Source: Chiloscyllium plagiosum (Eukaryota). Taken from it: a stretch of DNA of 63,921 bases. Positions 1-13,084 of this stretch are shown here, in pieces. The stretch is taken from positions 32,910,961-32,974,881 of the forward strand of contig NC_057720.1 of NCBI RefSeq assembly GCF_004010195.1, in the 5' to 3' direction. The stretch's first letter is position 1, and each line of letters starts with the position of its first letter. Under the pieces are notes generated by a model. That model was not told the origin of the DNA and did no database searches. It was given only the letters and a program-made list of their open reading frames with translations. The translations under genes were made by a program, and so were the position numbers.

Positions 1-360
1 TGAGTCTGTTCTGTATCCAAATGGCTAGTTCTCCCTGTATTCCGTGAGATCTAACCTTGCTAATCAGTCTCCCATGGGGAACCTTGTCGAGCGCCTTACT
101 GAAGTCCATATAGATCACATCTACTGCTCTGCCCTCCTCAATCTTCTTTATTGCTTCTTCGAAAAACTCAGTCAAGTTTGTGAGACATGATTTCCCACGC
201 ACAAAGCCATGCTGATGATCCCGAATCAGTCCCTGCTTTTCCAAATACATGTACATCCTGTCCCTTAGGATTCCCTCCAACAACTTTCCCACCACCGAGG
301 TCAGGCTCACCGGTCTGTAGTTCCCTGGCTTGTCTTTACCACCCTTCTTAAACAGTGGCA
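1..360 (-). mobile_element. CR1 LINE ORF2 reverse-transcriptase fragment (young, runs off the window edge)
   Basis: Reverse strand reads without interruption PLFKKGGKDKPGNYRPVSLTSVVGKLLE...QHGFVRGKSCLTNL...VDVIYMDFSKALDKVPHGRL, the N-terminal motifs of CR1 RT. Confidence 0.92.
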
Positions 361-523
361 CCAACACATTCACATATATCCTGAATGGTCTTGGCAGGGT
401 AGATGTGATGTGAATGTTTCCCCTTGTGGGAGAATCTAGAATTAGTGGTCACTATTTTAAAAATTAGAAATCACAAATTAAAACAAAGGCGGGTGGTGCT
501 TGTTTTCTGAGGGCTGTGACACT

Positions 524-823
524 ATTAGATTAGATTAGATTCGATTCCCTACAGTGTGGAAACAGTCCCTTCAGCCCAACAAGTCCACACTGATCCTCCG
601 AAGAGTACCCCACCCAGAACCATTCCCCTCTGACTAATGCACCTCACACTATGGACAATTTAGAATGGCCAATTCACCTGACCTGCACATCTTTGGACTG
701 TGGGAGGAAACCCACGCAGACACTGGGAGAATGTGCAAACTCCACACAGACAGTCACCTGAGGCTAGAATCGAACCTGGGACCCTGGTGCTGTGAGGCAG
801 CAGTGCTAACCACTGTGCCACCC
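524..823 (-). mobile_element. HE1-type V-SINE (tRNA-derived shark SINE)
   Basis: Reverse complement has the head GGGTGGCACAGTGGTTAGCACTGCTGCCTCACAG (A box), a GGTTCGATTC B box, the V-domain GTGGAGTTTGCACATTCTCCC and a (TAATC)n tail. Same family as 49101 and 59788. Confidence 0.9.
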
Positions 824-2759
824 CTATTTTCATTGTCAGCATCACATGATTCCAATGTTTTGGCAGGAACTTAGTCACTTGAGTCATTTACCAACTTAGT
901 CCTGGAACATTGTTCACACTCTGTATTGTTAGGTCTTTCTTGACAAAACTGTCATTGTAGATTAATTCAAGACTTCTCAAAGCCACTTTAAAGCTGCTAG
1001 GGAATGTTGTTATTTATTCTATAGGTTTGAATTTAGTCCAAACTAAAGTTCCAGAGCAAAAGGTTGCATTGAGGTTAGTGTGGGTTGGTAATTGTGGGTT
1101 TATTGGATAACATTGCTGCAATTGTGCTGTTTTAATTGGCCATATGGGTCCAGTTACTGTGCTGTGATGTTGGGGCTTTGGTCTCATTCTTGGCATTTAA
1201 TTAAGTGGATTCTTACAGACATTTTTGGAAATGAGATTTGAACTGTATTCACTAATGCTGCTTAAATGTCAAAATAACTGGAGAGAAGTCCTACGGTAGG
1301 GATCAAAGGAATACCAACATTGGTTTCACAATATTTGTAAAGCACTTCTATGTGCGTTTTTATAATGGGAAATGCTGGTACATAGTTCTGAAATTATTTT
1401 GAAGAAACTGAGAGTTTAGAAGCACTTTTGGTTAGTTCTCCATTCTGGAGATGGCCTAAGCTTTGTTAGTGCATTAGTCTTTTTCAAAAAATATACATTA
1501 TTTAATCTGGAGCAGATCGATGATTGTAAACATTTGCTGCAGATATCCAGAGGATAAAGTCAGTACAGAAGCTAGAGCAGAGAGTAGCAAGAGATGCTCG
1601 AACAAAGATCAGATATTTTTGATTGGATACTGTTTTGTAACCCTTAGATACATTATTAATGAAGCTTTTAACAATTACAATAAATTAATCTGCTCTTGAG
1701 GGTGTTTGTTCAGGTAAGATGCCTTATTAGCATATCTGATGGATCTGCTGTCAGCTACTGATTAAACCACCCGCCCTTAGAAGCTGTACTGGGAAAACAA
1801 TGAATAAAATGTGATGCAATGGTGCATTTTTAATTTTTGGGGTCTTAGTGAGAATGCAATCTCTGACCTCTGAGGATTTTAGTATTAATCAACTTCATCC
1901 TGAGTAAAATTGCAGTTTTTCTTTCTTGCCACCTATAAATTCCTTGTGTCTAATGTGTTTTAATGTTTCTTAAAACCATCTCTTGACAGTATTATTTAGA
2001 TGCTATGGGAGAAGCTGGTTTGCTAGAATCGCCAGTGATGAGAAGATTGGTTTATATTCTTTTTGCTCAAATGTAGCAGTTGACACTTTAACACCAACAT
2101 TTTTTCCTTAATGCAAAGATTAGTTTTGACTGTTGGTTGTTTCAGCATAAAACCCAATATAAAATTTTTGCTTTTGGTATTTAAAGCTGAAGTTTCGTGT
2201 GCCACTTTTATAGAAATTTGTTCTACTGGTGGGAGCACTTGAACAAATCAATTAAAATATCAAACCTAAGAAGATGGAAGCAAAACAGTTTATCAAAAAT
2301 TTACATATTTACAATTTTGTTTTTTAAAAACAAGCTTTAGATCCTCTCTTGGTAAATGTAATTGGCCCCATGGAAATCTACTGCTTTTGTGTGCCCATCA
2401 GCAAAGCCAGAGTAATGCATGCACAGCCTGACGGGAAAATAGTTATGCCATCTGCTCAAAATGGGTTCCAGTTTTTATTTATTTATGGCATTCGTGCTCA
2501 AGCTTATTGTCTCTGTCTGCATGGTTACTTGCCCTGGAGCCTTGTGAACCACATGTGAAATTTAAAAAGAAAACAGGTTTACATTTTCTATTTCATTCAT
2601 TGTTTGTTTTCAGACCTTGAAGTGGTGAGTTCAGAAGCAGTGGATTTGATCTTCAATGTTATTGTTCCTATATGGGAAAATTACAGGAGCCAGCTTTATA
2701 CAAAGCAAGGCTACACAAACAGCTTGTGGAAGAGTAATGTGGTAAGCTGTTTTTGGTGA

Positions 2760-3285
2760 TGTTCAGAGGGTAGGGACACTACCACTGCTCCATTTCAAAC
2801 TCTTGGGTATTTTCTAATTGACCTGTTCTGAGACATTAATGCACATTTCTGGAGCAGGTGGGACTTGAAGCCAGGTCTCCTGGTTTGGAGGCAAGAATAC
2901 TACCACTGTACCACAAGAATCCTGTGGTGACACATTTAAATATCCAGAAGTGTTATGACATGAAATTGAATTGGTTTCTTCCCACCACCAAATTACCTGT
3001 GATATTTTTCAACAAATAACCACACCACTAAATCCTGTGTTCTAATTAATCAATTTAAATGCAAAGCAATTTAATGGCACACTGTGGGGGAGTTCAGATA
3101 ACTTTGAATTCACTTATTTAGAGATGTTAATACACACCCGTGAAGCAGCTGGAACTTGAACCCAGGTAGGGACACTATCATTGTACCACAAGAATCTAAT
3201 CAATCCAGCACTGTCAAACACTATTTCTTCATATTTTCTAATCAACCTGTTCAGAGATGCTATTACACATCCCTGGAACATGACG
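2760..3285 (-). mobile_element. Cluster of 3-4 degenerate copies of a short (~115 bp) tRNA-derived SINE
   Basis: Repeated blocks ttttctaat..acctgttc.gaga...ggacttgaa..cagg...ctaccactgtaccacaagaatc at ~2810-2922, ~3112-3197 and ~3234-3282. Related copies at 41981-42080 (+) and ~59425-59520 (-) show the B box GTTCAAGTCC. Confidence 0.6.
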
Positions 3286-3832
3286 TACTGGAAAATGGAC
3301 GCCCCAAACCAAGCTCATGCTGCTTTATCTATCAAGCACTAAGACAAGCTCATTCCAAATCTTGAGAATCATGAAAGTCAGATGGGACAAATTAGGCAGA
3401 GAAAAGTCCTCTGGCTTAGTAAGTAAATGCACTGTGAGTGAGATATGTATTGCATGCAGCAGGACAGTCATTCCATTTGGCTTTAATCTTCCTTACTTTT
3501 GCAGGGGTGTGTGGTTTGTGGGATGGGAATAAATGAGCAAGGGCTCTTGATGGCAACACTGTCAAACAATCCAGTTGGTTATGTAGATTGAGGGTAAATT
3601 TGGGCTTGACTGCGACTGTCTATGCCCATGTCCACATTCCAGATCAAAACTCGTTGTCCCAAATTCACACACGAATATTGATATTTGTAAGAAGTAGAGA
3701 TTTGTTGATGCTCAGGAAATTTTACCCAACAGGAAAGGGATGAGGGGGAGAAGAATTAGCAAAATTTATAACAAAGTGCAGGTGGTGGGTAATTAATAAT
3801 GCAATTTAGACTTCAATGCAATTGTAATGCTG

Positions 3833-4075
3833 AAACTTTTTTCACGCAGAGGGTGCTGCGTGTGTGGAATGAGCTGCCAGAGGAAGTGGTGGAGGCTGAT
3901 ACAATTGTAGCATTTAAATGGTATCTGAATGGGTATATGAATAGAAAGGGTTTATAGGGATATGGGCCAAGTGCTGGCAAATAGGACTAGATTAGGTTAG
4001 GATAGCTGCTCGGCATGGACAAGTTGGACTGTAGGGTCTGATTCCATGTTGTACATCTCTATGACTATGACTCTA
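3833..4075 (+). mobile_element. CR1 LINE 3' end
   Basis: ttcacgcagagggtg..gtgtggaatgagctgccagaggaagtggtggaggc (FTQRV..WNELPEEVVEA), then the 3'UTR and a ctctatgact tail. Confidence 0.85.
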
Positions 4076-5065
4076 AATCACTAGTTCTATAAATATGGTT
4101 ATGGGTTATTAATTAGGAGAGCTGTTTGATTAATAACTGAAATATACTTTGAGTGACTTTGGTTTGAGAATGACTTTAAACAAAATACAAATGAATAAGT
4201 AGTGTAAGAATTAGTTTTCAATTTAAAAAAAGTACCCATTCACAGTCTTATTAATAACTTGGAAGAAATTTGATTGAATTTGAAAATGGTTAGGAATTAC
4301 TGCTAATTATGAAATTTTAAAATGGAGTAAATGTATTAATGCAGTGAACAATAATTTAAAACTACTGACTTTTGCACTTGGCCAATAATGCTAAACAGAG
4401 TTTTGGCCCAGGTGTTTCTTTGCTGTGAAGCCATTCATAAAAGCCCCAGGAATATACTAGAAAATGTAATTGTTGGCTCATCTGTCTACTGCAAATTCCA
4501 TTGTTGACCTTTCCTTTGTAATTTCATGAGTAGGACTATTCCAAGGTGCTTGCCTCCAAGAATAGTTCTTCCAAAAGTCAAGAAACTGAATTGGAGGAAG
4601 ATGTAGCGGAAAAAAAATGAGCACCAGATCAAGGTGGTGATTACCTGCTTTCACCAAGAAAAGTCCAGCTGTCTTTTCTAACATCAGATGGCACTACTAT
4701 CATGGCATTATCCACCATTAGCAGTGGAGGTAACTCAGCAATTGACCATATTGACAAACATACTAATTTTTAGCCTTCAGGATAACACAGAGGTTTGGTA
4801 TTTTGCACCAAGATATTCTTCATTGACTAGTCAAAATGTTTTTCAGAATTTAGAAGGCTCAAGTTAAGAGTGACCTGGAATAATCTCGACTGAGTGATTG
4901 CAGCATTATCAACTCAAGAAACTCAATGATATTGACAGCAATTGAGTTTGCTTGATCAATGCCTATAGCACTAAATCTCCAACCACCAATACTGATATAC
5001 AGTGAATTAAATCACTCCTAACACATTCTTGAAAAATGGCAAACTAAGCAAAGATAGCTTCCCTA

Positions 5066-5310
5066 TAAAAGGGACCTGAGGGGCAACCTTTTCACACAGG
5101 GGGTGGTGTGTATATGGAATGAGCTGCCAGAGGAAGCAGTAGAGGTGGGTACAATTACAACATTTAATACATTTGGATTGATATGTGGATAGGAATGGTT
5201 TAGAGAGGTATGGGCCAACCACCGGCAAATGGGCCTACTTCAGTTTAGAAAACCTGTTCGGCATGGATGGGTTGGGCTGAATGGCTTCTTTCCATGCTGT
5301 ATGAGTCTAT
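5066..5310 (+). mobile_element. CR1 LINE 3' end
   Basis: Same WNELPEE/3'UTR block as 3833-4075 and 51420-51700. Confidence 0.85.
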
Positions 5311-7418
5311 AAAACAAATAAAGGCTGAATTACATTTCTAATTTGTAATTGTTAGATTGAAAACACATTTTATGTATTAATTTAATGAATTGTATTGTAC
5401 TTTAATTAAACACCAATGCATGCATAAGTAACAAGTCATAGCGTGCCAATTGCATCCCATTTGCAGAAACTTGGATTAGTTACAGGATACTCTGACATAC
5501 CAACTCATTTGCTTAACTATTGGGACCAAAACTCTTTGGCTGTAATGATGCCTTGGGGTGGAAGAGACCCAATCGATTGTCATATTTCAGATGGGGCCCA
5601 GAAATGCTGGATCTTCATTCAAAAATCTGTCTACAGTTATTTTGCATAGGGACCTATGTGGATGTCAATTTTTATTTCTTGGTGTTCCTTACACAATTCC
5701 ACTGTGGGAACATCAGCACCACTAGGATTAGACTGTTTCATGGCGAATGTCCAGCATTGACTTGCAGAGACAATTCAGGATGGATATAAATATAACCTTA
5801 CAAGTGTAGTCATGTCCATGGAACATTTTTTAAGAAGCTGTTGAATTGGAACCATGCATTTTCGATAACCCCAAGATGATGTGATTTCTGTTGTGTATTT
5901 GTTAACATACCAGCACTTTATAATTCTTGCTACATTATTTAATTAAAAACACTTTGTGCCATCACTTCATTTTGGATGATTATCTTTAGAAGTTAATATC
6001 AGAAGGAAGCTTCTGAGCACAAAGGTTTGAAAACTACTAGAGACTGGTGAGGTGTGAAAAAATGAGTTGTACTTTTGATAACATTTAGACTTTGGGTGAA
6101 TATACAAAAGTGTACTTGGTGTTTGGTTTCTCTTCTGCCCTACTCCTTCTGTATGCACGCTCCCATAGATCATTTCCTCTTGCCATGGCAAGGTTGGTAA
6201 GAGTGTATGGAATGTGACTGCATTTTTGTCAGTTGACATTGACTGGGACTAGGCTGTGGACTCTTTGTATTTGGCACGTGGCTAAAGCGACTGCTTTCCA
6301 GTTGACTGCTCCAGAATTCAGTGCCAAGGCATTGTTTGATTTATCTTCATTGCTCACTACAGTTTATATGTGCTTTGACAATTTTTTTAAATCATAAGCA
6401 CAAAACACAGTTTAGATAACTCTTAATATTGAATTTATTTTCATTTTTATCAAAACTAGAAAGTTCTTTTTTTAAGAAACATAAATATATGGGAGTGTTT
6501 AGCCCATGGAGAGAACTGATGTAAAGGATTTGCTGAGACTAAATAGGTGAGTGAGCTAAATCAGAATGTAGAGACATTTAGAGTGCATCTTGAGATGCCA
6601 ATAATCTTGTCATTCCAACTGTTTTATTTTCTTTATACTCTGGGATTGAGGAGCACCTCCAAGCTATTTAGCTGCTCCAACACCCATTTGTGTGCACTGT
6701 TGGCAATGATTGTGAAACTTTGTCTCCCCCCTCAGCTTTTTTGTTTCAGAAGTTCTATTGTGCAAGTAAGAGTAGATTACTTGGCTGACTTGCTGCCAGC
6801 ATATTACATATCTGTGTCCAACAGAAACTATGTGGCTGTAAATGGAATGCTGTTGAGGGAATGAGAAAAGCATAGTAATGACACATGGTTTTGTGAACTG
6901 CATTACTCCATACTTCAAGGGCACCGAACATAATCCATCACCAGGAAATGTTTTATCAAAATTTTTTTGTTTATTATTTTGAAAGCTTTTAGTTCTGCTT
7001 GTGGTCAAGGTCAAATTTCTCTAAGTTAAACATTCTGCAACTGGAGACTGCATATAGAAGGATAAATTAAAATATAGCAACTTTTGCTCTGTGTCAACAT
7101 GACCATTCTTTCTCCTTGCTCGGTCTGTCTCTTTAAGTAGTATTATTTTTATTGCTGGGAATGCAAATATGATTTGATGCGGAGGATAACAATTCATTCA
7201 ACAACTGCACCTGATGTGCTGTAAATAGTTGTAATGACACTAGGATCACTTTAGGGAGAAGTTCCATAATCCCTGACTTGGGTGGGTTGCAGAGATAATT
7301 TGAACCATTTCTCAAGTTCTATCTGTACAGCAAGTTGCCATATCTTCCCAGGTGGTTGAGGGTTATCCAGATTTTTCAAGTCTGATCCAAAATCATGCAC
7401 TTCAAACAGTGCAGGACA

Positions 7419-8940
7419 GACTCAGCAAGATGGTGGCTATTCTGTAGAACTGCTGTGGACAGCTCTGCCTCTCAGCCAAGGCATATTGGTGAGTTTTTTT
7501 GCCATCCTTGGCCAACTTATGTGGAGGGATTGTTAGTTTAAAACCTTCCAAATATTAACGAATGTGTTTTTGTGAGTGGGAACGATGCCAAAAAGAAAAG
7601 GAGCAAGCAAACAGCAGCAGAGAAAACACTCCCCGGCAGCACCGGGCACATCAGAGGCCGCAGCAGCAGCCTTTTCCAAACTCCTGGGGGACCTGACACT
7701 CACAGGAATTGGCGGCAGCGATGAAGAGACTTAGCTCAAAGATTAGGGTTGCAATTGAGGAGATCCGTGAGGAGATTTGTGCCCAGATCTAACCCATCTT
7801 GTCCATGCTCCAGGGCCTCGGGAAGCAGATGGAGGAGGTGGAGGGTCGAACCAAGGCCTCTGAAGCGGTGTTCGAGTCCTCATCCAGTCGGATCCAGGTA
7901 CTGGAGCGGGAGGTGCGGGCCTTAGGAGACCAGGTCAACGACCTCAAATCTAGGTCGGAGGACGAATTTCCGGATTGTCGGGCTCCCAGAGAGTGAAGAA
8001 CGTGGGCAGCTAGTCAGCTTCTTTGAAAACTGGCTGCTGCAGTTCCTGGGCCTTCAAATCGAGTCCAGCCAGCTGCAGATGGTAAGGGCCTATCGGGTGG
8101 CGGTGTACAGGTCTGGCCTGGTACAGCGCCGCCGCATGGTCCTAGTGCACTTCCACACATACAAGGACAAGCAAAAAGTGATGGAAGCTTCCAGATCACT
8201 GGGAAAAGATCCGCAGGCACTGCTGTACAAGGGGTCAAAAATCATGTTTTTCCAGGATTTCTCGGCAGCTGTAATTCGAAAGAGGAAGTCCTTCGATGAA
8301 GTTAAAAAGAGGCTGAGGAACCTGGGCATCCAGTACTCCATGAGATACCCCGCAGGGTTCAGTTTCAGGCACGAGGACTCAGATTATACGTTTGACTCAG
8401 CGGATAAAGCTAAGAATTTTGTAGACACTTTAAAATAAACTGACTAGTCTGAAGAATATGTTTAATATGGAGCACATTCCCTTGGTTTTTTTTTTACAAA
8501 CATGGTGCACCACACAACAGACCTTTTTTTATGACATGGCAGCCCTTTGAGTTATTTGGATACAGATTTGTCTGCTATCTTAACTAGGGTGTTTGTTTAA
8601 CTAGGATGGTTAGGTTTGCTGATCCATGGGCCTTGGAGGGGGGATTCCTGAGTTAATATGAGTATATGTACAACGCTCCCGTTCTTTTGTTTAGGAGCTT
8701 TGCATCAAGCATTGCTATTTTGTGTTTTAGTATTTTTTTTGTTTTATTAGTCACTTATTTATTGGTGTTGTTTTGCACAGTTAGGTTTTGTTTTGTATTA
8801 TAGGGTAGATTAGTAGTTAGTAAACAGTAGTTGTATTGTAATTTGCATTTTTCTTTATTATACTGGTATTTGTCATATTTTCAATAACCTTTTATTAAAG
8901 TCATTTTTTTTCTTGCTAATAAATATATTTACAAAAAAAA
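7419..8940 (+). mobile_element. ORF1-only L1 element (HAL1-like or ORF2-deleted L1), ~1.5 kb
   Basis: 5'UTR starts near caagatggtggc, followed by L1 ORF1, a T-rich trailer, AATAAA at 8918-8923 and A8 at 8933-8940. Flanking direct repeat aaacagtgcaggaca (7404-7418) / aaaaattgcaggaca (8936-8950). Confidence 0.8.
7585..8438 (+). pseudogene. L1 ORF1p (Transposase_22 family: coiled coil, RRM, CTD), disrupted
   Basis: ATG at 7585 (MPKRKGASKQQQ). Coiled coil IQVLEREVRALGDQVNDLKSRS, frameshift into NFRIVGLPESEE, then VRAYRV...VLVHFHTYKDKQKVM...IMFFQDFSAAVIRKRKSFDEVKKRL...YSMRYPA, stop at 8436-8438. Frameshifts and stops in the N-terminal half. Confidence 0.88.
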
Positions 8941-9199
8941 TTGCAGGACACACATTGTCTGTCTAGGACACATGCTTAAGTCCTGAAAGGACTCTAGATT
9001 TGTGGCTATCTGCATTAAAATGCTAACATGGGCTAAGTTGACAACATGAGTAAAATAGGAGAATGCTGTCTGCACTCAGACTTTCCTCCTGGAGGCCATA
9101 CTGTGATCTGCACTGAACATTTCCCCAGCACTGGCAGAGAAAAAATAACTTGGAGAAAATAACTGGGGTGAAATGATGAGTTGAGAGATGAGTAATTCC

Positions 9200-9530
9200 T
9201 CAACATATTGAATTCAAGAGTCGTGAAGTGATGTTGCAACTGTACAGGACTTTGGTTATGCCACATTTGGAGTACTGTGTGCAGTTCTGGGTGCCTCACT
9301 TTAGGAAAGATGTGGAAGCTTTGGAGAGGGTGCAGAGAAGCACCAAGATTTACCAGGATGTTGCCTGGAATGGAGAATAGGTTGTACGAGGATAGGTTGA
9401 GAGTGCTAGGCCCAATTGGATAGGTACATGGATGGGTGCTTAAGCTTGGACAAATGTTCGGCACAACATCGTGGGCCGAAGGGCCTGTTCTGTGCTGTAT
9501 TGTTCTATGTTCTATCTATCTATGTTCTAT
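9200..9530 (+). mobile_element. CR1 LINE 3' fragment with internal deletion
   Basis: [33 protein letters not shown], then a jump to the 3'UTR and a (tgttcta)n tail. Confidence 0.85.
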
Positions 9531-9689
9531 ATTTTTGAGCTGCAGAAACTGTACAATTCCACAGAATCTGACCACGAGAATGCTGCCATTATTGAAACAA
9601 AGCATTATAGTCTTAAACACTGCAGACAAAATACCCTTGAAAGGAAATGCACGAATGACCAATGTTGTCAAAGATAAGATCACCATAAT

Positions 9690-10045
9690 AATGGGGGTCT
9701 TGGATTCCTTTTGCAGGAATTAGCTGGGATCAAATGATTGGTTTTCTCCATCCACATTGATGCTATTTGGCTTCAGGTTTTGAAAATTCTTGTCTTTGTT
9801 TTCAAATCTCTCCAAATCCTCTCCTTTCATAACACCTTCTGGTCTTTATTGCCATAATCTCATAAAGTTGTCCTGTTTGTCTATCTCCATGTCTGTCGCT
9901 TTCCCAACACTCCTTTTTCAGATGATCCTTAAAACTCGCCTTTTTACTATATTTTTAAAATTAATTTTGTATCAAAATTCGTTTGATTAGTTCTCACATC
10001 TCAGGACATTTTACTGTGTTAAATATGATTTGTAAATGGTAGTTG
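9690..10045 (+). mobile_element. Degenerate L2 LINE 3' tail
   Basis: tttgaaaattcttgtctttgttttcaaatctctcc...ccttaaaactcgcctttt, resembling the clearer L2 tail at 51845-52470. Confidence 0.5.
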
Positions 10046-10087
10046 AATCTTTTTCAGGATATTTAGGTGGTGATATATTTTTAAAAA

Positions 10088-12065
10088 TTCTTTCATGGGA
10101 TGTGAGTATCAGCATTGAGTACAGTGTTTACTGTTCATACCTGAAAGACCTGAGTAGGTGGTGATGAGACTCCTGTTTAAAGCACTGTAGTCCACTCAAT
10201 GTACTGTGAGGAAGGAAGTTCCAGGGTTTTGACCAAATGACAGTGATATATTTCATGTCAGGATAGTTTGTGCTGTGGAAGTGAACTTCAACATGGCAAT
10301 GTTTCCACGCACCCCCTGCCATATCATTCTAGATGCAGTGATCATTTAGACCACTTAGAAGAAAGCGTGGGAACTTGCAGTGCATTTTGCCTATGACATA
10401 CACTACCATCACTGTGTGTGTAGTAGAGGGAATTGATGTTTATGGTGGTGGCTAGGGTGCAAATTAAGTCAGCTGCATTGTCTTAAATTGTGGCTAGATA
10501 CTTAGTGTTTTTGGAGGTGCACCATTCAGGCAAGTGGAGAATATTACATTACAAGGTGGAGGCCAGGACTAGAGTTGTTGGACAGGGTTTGGCGAGTTGG
10601 GGAGTGAGTTACCAGATGCAATATTCCTAGCCTCTGACCTTGTAGTCACTATTTACATGGTGAGTCTAGTTCAGTTTCTGGTCAGTGGTAACCCCAGGAT
10701 GTTGATAGTGGGGGGATTCAGTGATAGTAACACCACTGAAGGTCAATGGCAGTGAGTGGATTGTCTCTTTTTAGACATGGTCATTGCATGGCATTTGTGT
10801 GACACAAATGTTACTTGCCACTTGTGAGCCCTAGACTGGATTTTGTTCTGGTCTTGCTGCATTTGGCCATAGACTGTTTCAGTATCTGAGGAGTCGTGAA
10901 TAGTGCTGAACATTGGGCAATCATTGGCACTTCTGACTTATGATGGAGGGAAGGTCATTGATGAAGCACCCAACAGTGTTTGGCCCAGAACTTACCCTGA
11001 CAACTTTTGCAGAGATGTCCTGAAGCTGAGTTGACTGGCCACCTTCCTGTATGCCTCCAAGCAGCAGAGAATGTCCCCTGATTCTAATTGACTCAGTTTT
11101 ATCGAGTCAGAGTGATGTACAGCATGGGAACAGACCCATCGGTCCAACTCGTCCATGCCAACCAGATATCCTAACCTAATCAAGTTTCATTTGCCAGCAC
11201 TTGACACATATCCCTCGAAACCCTAGCCATTCATATACCCATCCAGCTGCCTTTTAAATGTTGTAATTGTACCAGCCTCCAACACTTCCTCTTGCTAGGG
11301 TTCCTTGATGCACACTCTGTCAGATGTGGCCTTGATGCCAAGAGCAATCACTTTGCCTCACTTTTGAAATTGTATACGTTTGAACTGTGTCTGTAATGAG
11401 GTCAGGAGCCGAGTGGCCCTGGTGGTTATCAAACTAGGGATCATTGAGCAGGTTTTTTCTAACAGGTACGGCTTGATAACACAGTGGATGCCATCTTCCA
11501 CCACTTTACTGATCATCTAGAATGGACTGGTGGGGTGATGATTGGACAGATTGGATTTGTCTTGCAATTTACCACATTGTGGGGTAGATGCCAGTATTGT
11601 AATTGTACTGGAAGAGCTTGCATAAAGGTGCGGCACCTTCTGGGCACAGATCCTCAGTACTATCGCTGAAGTATTGACAGAGCCCACTGCTTTTGCAATA
11701 TCCAGTGTCTCCAGTTTTCTTGATCATGTTGAGTGAATCGAATTGGTTGAAGACTATCATCTCTGATGCTGGGGACCTCTTCAGGAGGCTGAGAGGCACC
11801 ATCCACTGAGCACTTCTGGTTGAAGATTGTTGCAAGTCCTTCAGCCTTACCTTTTGCACTGATGTGCTGGGCTCTCCCATCATTGAGGATAGAGATATTT
11901 GTGGAGCCACCTCCTCCAGTGAGTTGTTTAATTATGCATCGCCATTCAGGACTGGATGTGCAGGACTGTCAAGCTTAGATTCGATCCATTGGTTGTGGGA
12001 TTGCTTAGCTATGTCTGTCACTTTGCTGTTTACACCCAGGTGGTCCTGTTTTGCAGCTTCTGCGT
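10088..12065 (-). mobile_element. Second non-LTR family (CR1/L2 clade), decayed RT to 3' end
   Basis: Reverse strand shows a decayed GP...CFINDLPSII motif near 10940-11020. The 3' terminus ..catcccatgaaagaa is shared with tails at 38100-38470 and 39240-39465 and with the SINE at 27356. Confidence 0.7.
11105..11291 (-). mobile_element. CR1 3' end nested inside the older LINE
   Basis: Reverse complement of the 3833-4075 block. The host sequence rejoins as gactcagtttt | ttgctagggttccttgatg. Confidence 0.8.
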
Positions 12066-12199
12066 TGTAGCTATCCTCTCTGCAGCCTTTCTTCTTGTCC
12101 TCAAAGACAAACCAATCCAAAGTATGTGTTGTACAGGACTATTATTGATACAACCTCCTTCTTAACCTTTTCCTCAAACCACGATTGCCTCTTAGGTTC

Positions 12200-12430
12200 A
12201 CCCTCCGTTTCACACTCCTGTTTTAAACCGAATATTCTGAATAAAGCTGTCCAAATACTCCTCACCCTGTCTAATCTGTTGGAGTCTCTCCAAATTTACT
12301 TGCCAGCTCAATGACTCTGAGCCTGAGCGATTCAACTTGGAGACATCGCCTGCAGATGTGTTTGCTCAGGAAAGTCTCACTGACCAAACTCCCACATTCT
12401 GAAATCCAGACACAGTACCAGCACTGTCAT
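12200..12430 (-). mobile_element. CR1 ORF1 N-terminal fragment (Cys/His motif plus coiled coil)
   Basis: Reverse strand reads VLCLDFRMWEF..KHICRRCLQVESLRLRVIEL..IRQGEEYLD with frameshifts, resembling CR1 ORF1. Confidence 0.55.
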
Positions 12431-12552
12431 GTCTTGATTTTGCCTTATTTAATTAATTTTATTAATAAAGGTCTTTTAGTTTTATTAAGCATTTTAACTA
12501 ATTATGCAATAAATGTGTTAAAATGTTTTTACTTATCCTAATTTAAACTGGT

Positions 12553-12678
12553 GCATTGGCCATGCTAAATTGTCCATAGTTAGGTGCATTAGTCTGGGTG
12601 GGTTACTCTTCAGAGGGTCGGTGTGGACTTGTTGGGACGAAGGTCCTGTTTCCGCACTGTGCGGAATCTAATCTAATC
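12553..12678 (+). mobile_element. HE1 SINE 3' part
   Basis: attggccatgctaaattg...gggtcggtgtggacttgttggg..aaggtcctgtttcc..aatctaatctaatc. Confidence 0.8.
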
Positions 12679-13084
12679 GTGTAATCAAACTACTGCATTA
12701 ACTAGGGGATAAAATACCTTTAAAACTCTCAAAACAGTAATGTTCTTCCTTCATAATAATGCCTTGAGTCTTTGGCCCTTTGGTCTTGCTGTGTTGTATT
12801 CCCTCCTGACTTTTTGTTCTGTAAAGGAACCGAATGACACCTTTTCCACTCTTCTTCATTCTCCTTTAGGTTGGCTATCTGAGTGCTTGCAGCAAAACAT
12901 AGTGAGCTATGATGCACATTGTCTCTGGATTTACTTCAGCCCTCTCATGCAGTGACTCCTTATGTGGAGAACCTGATGTACCAACTAGCCTTAGCGTGAA
13001 GATTGTGCAAAGCCGGTGTCTGAGCTGGGGTTTTAACTGTTAGATTAGGTGACGGTCCTTCTTCATTGTAGAGTTGCTCTCTCA

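Noticed and set aside
3400-3720. LF-SINE-like element
   Set aside because: The resemblance is too degenerate to support without an HMM search.
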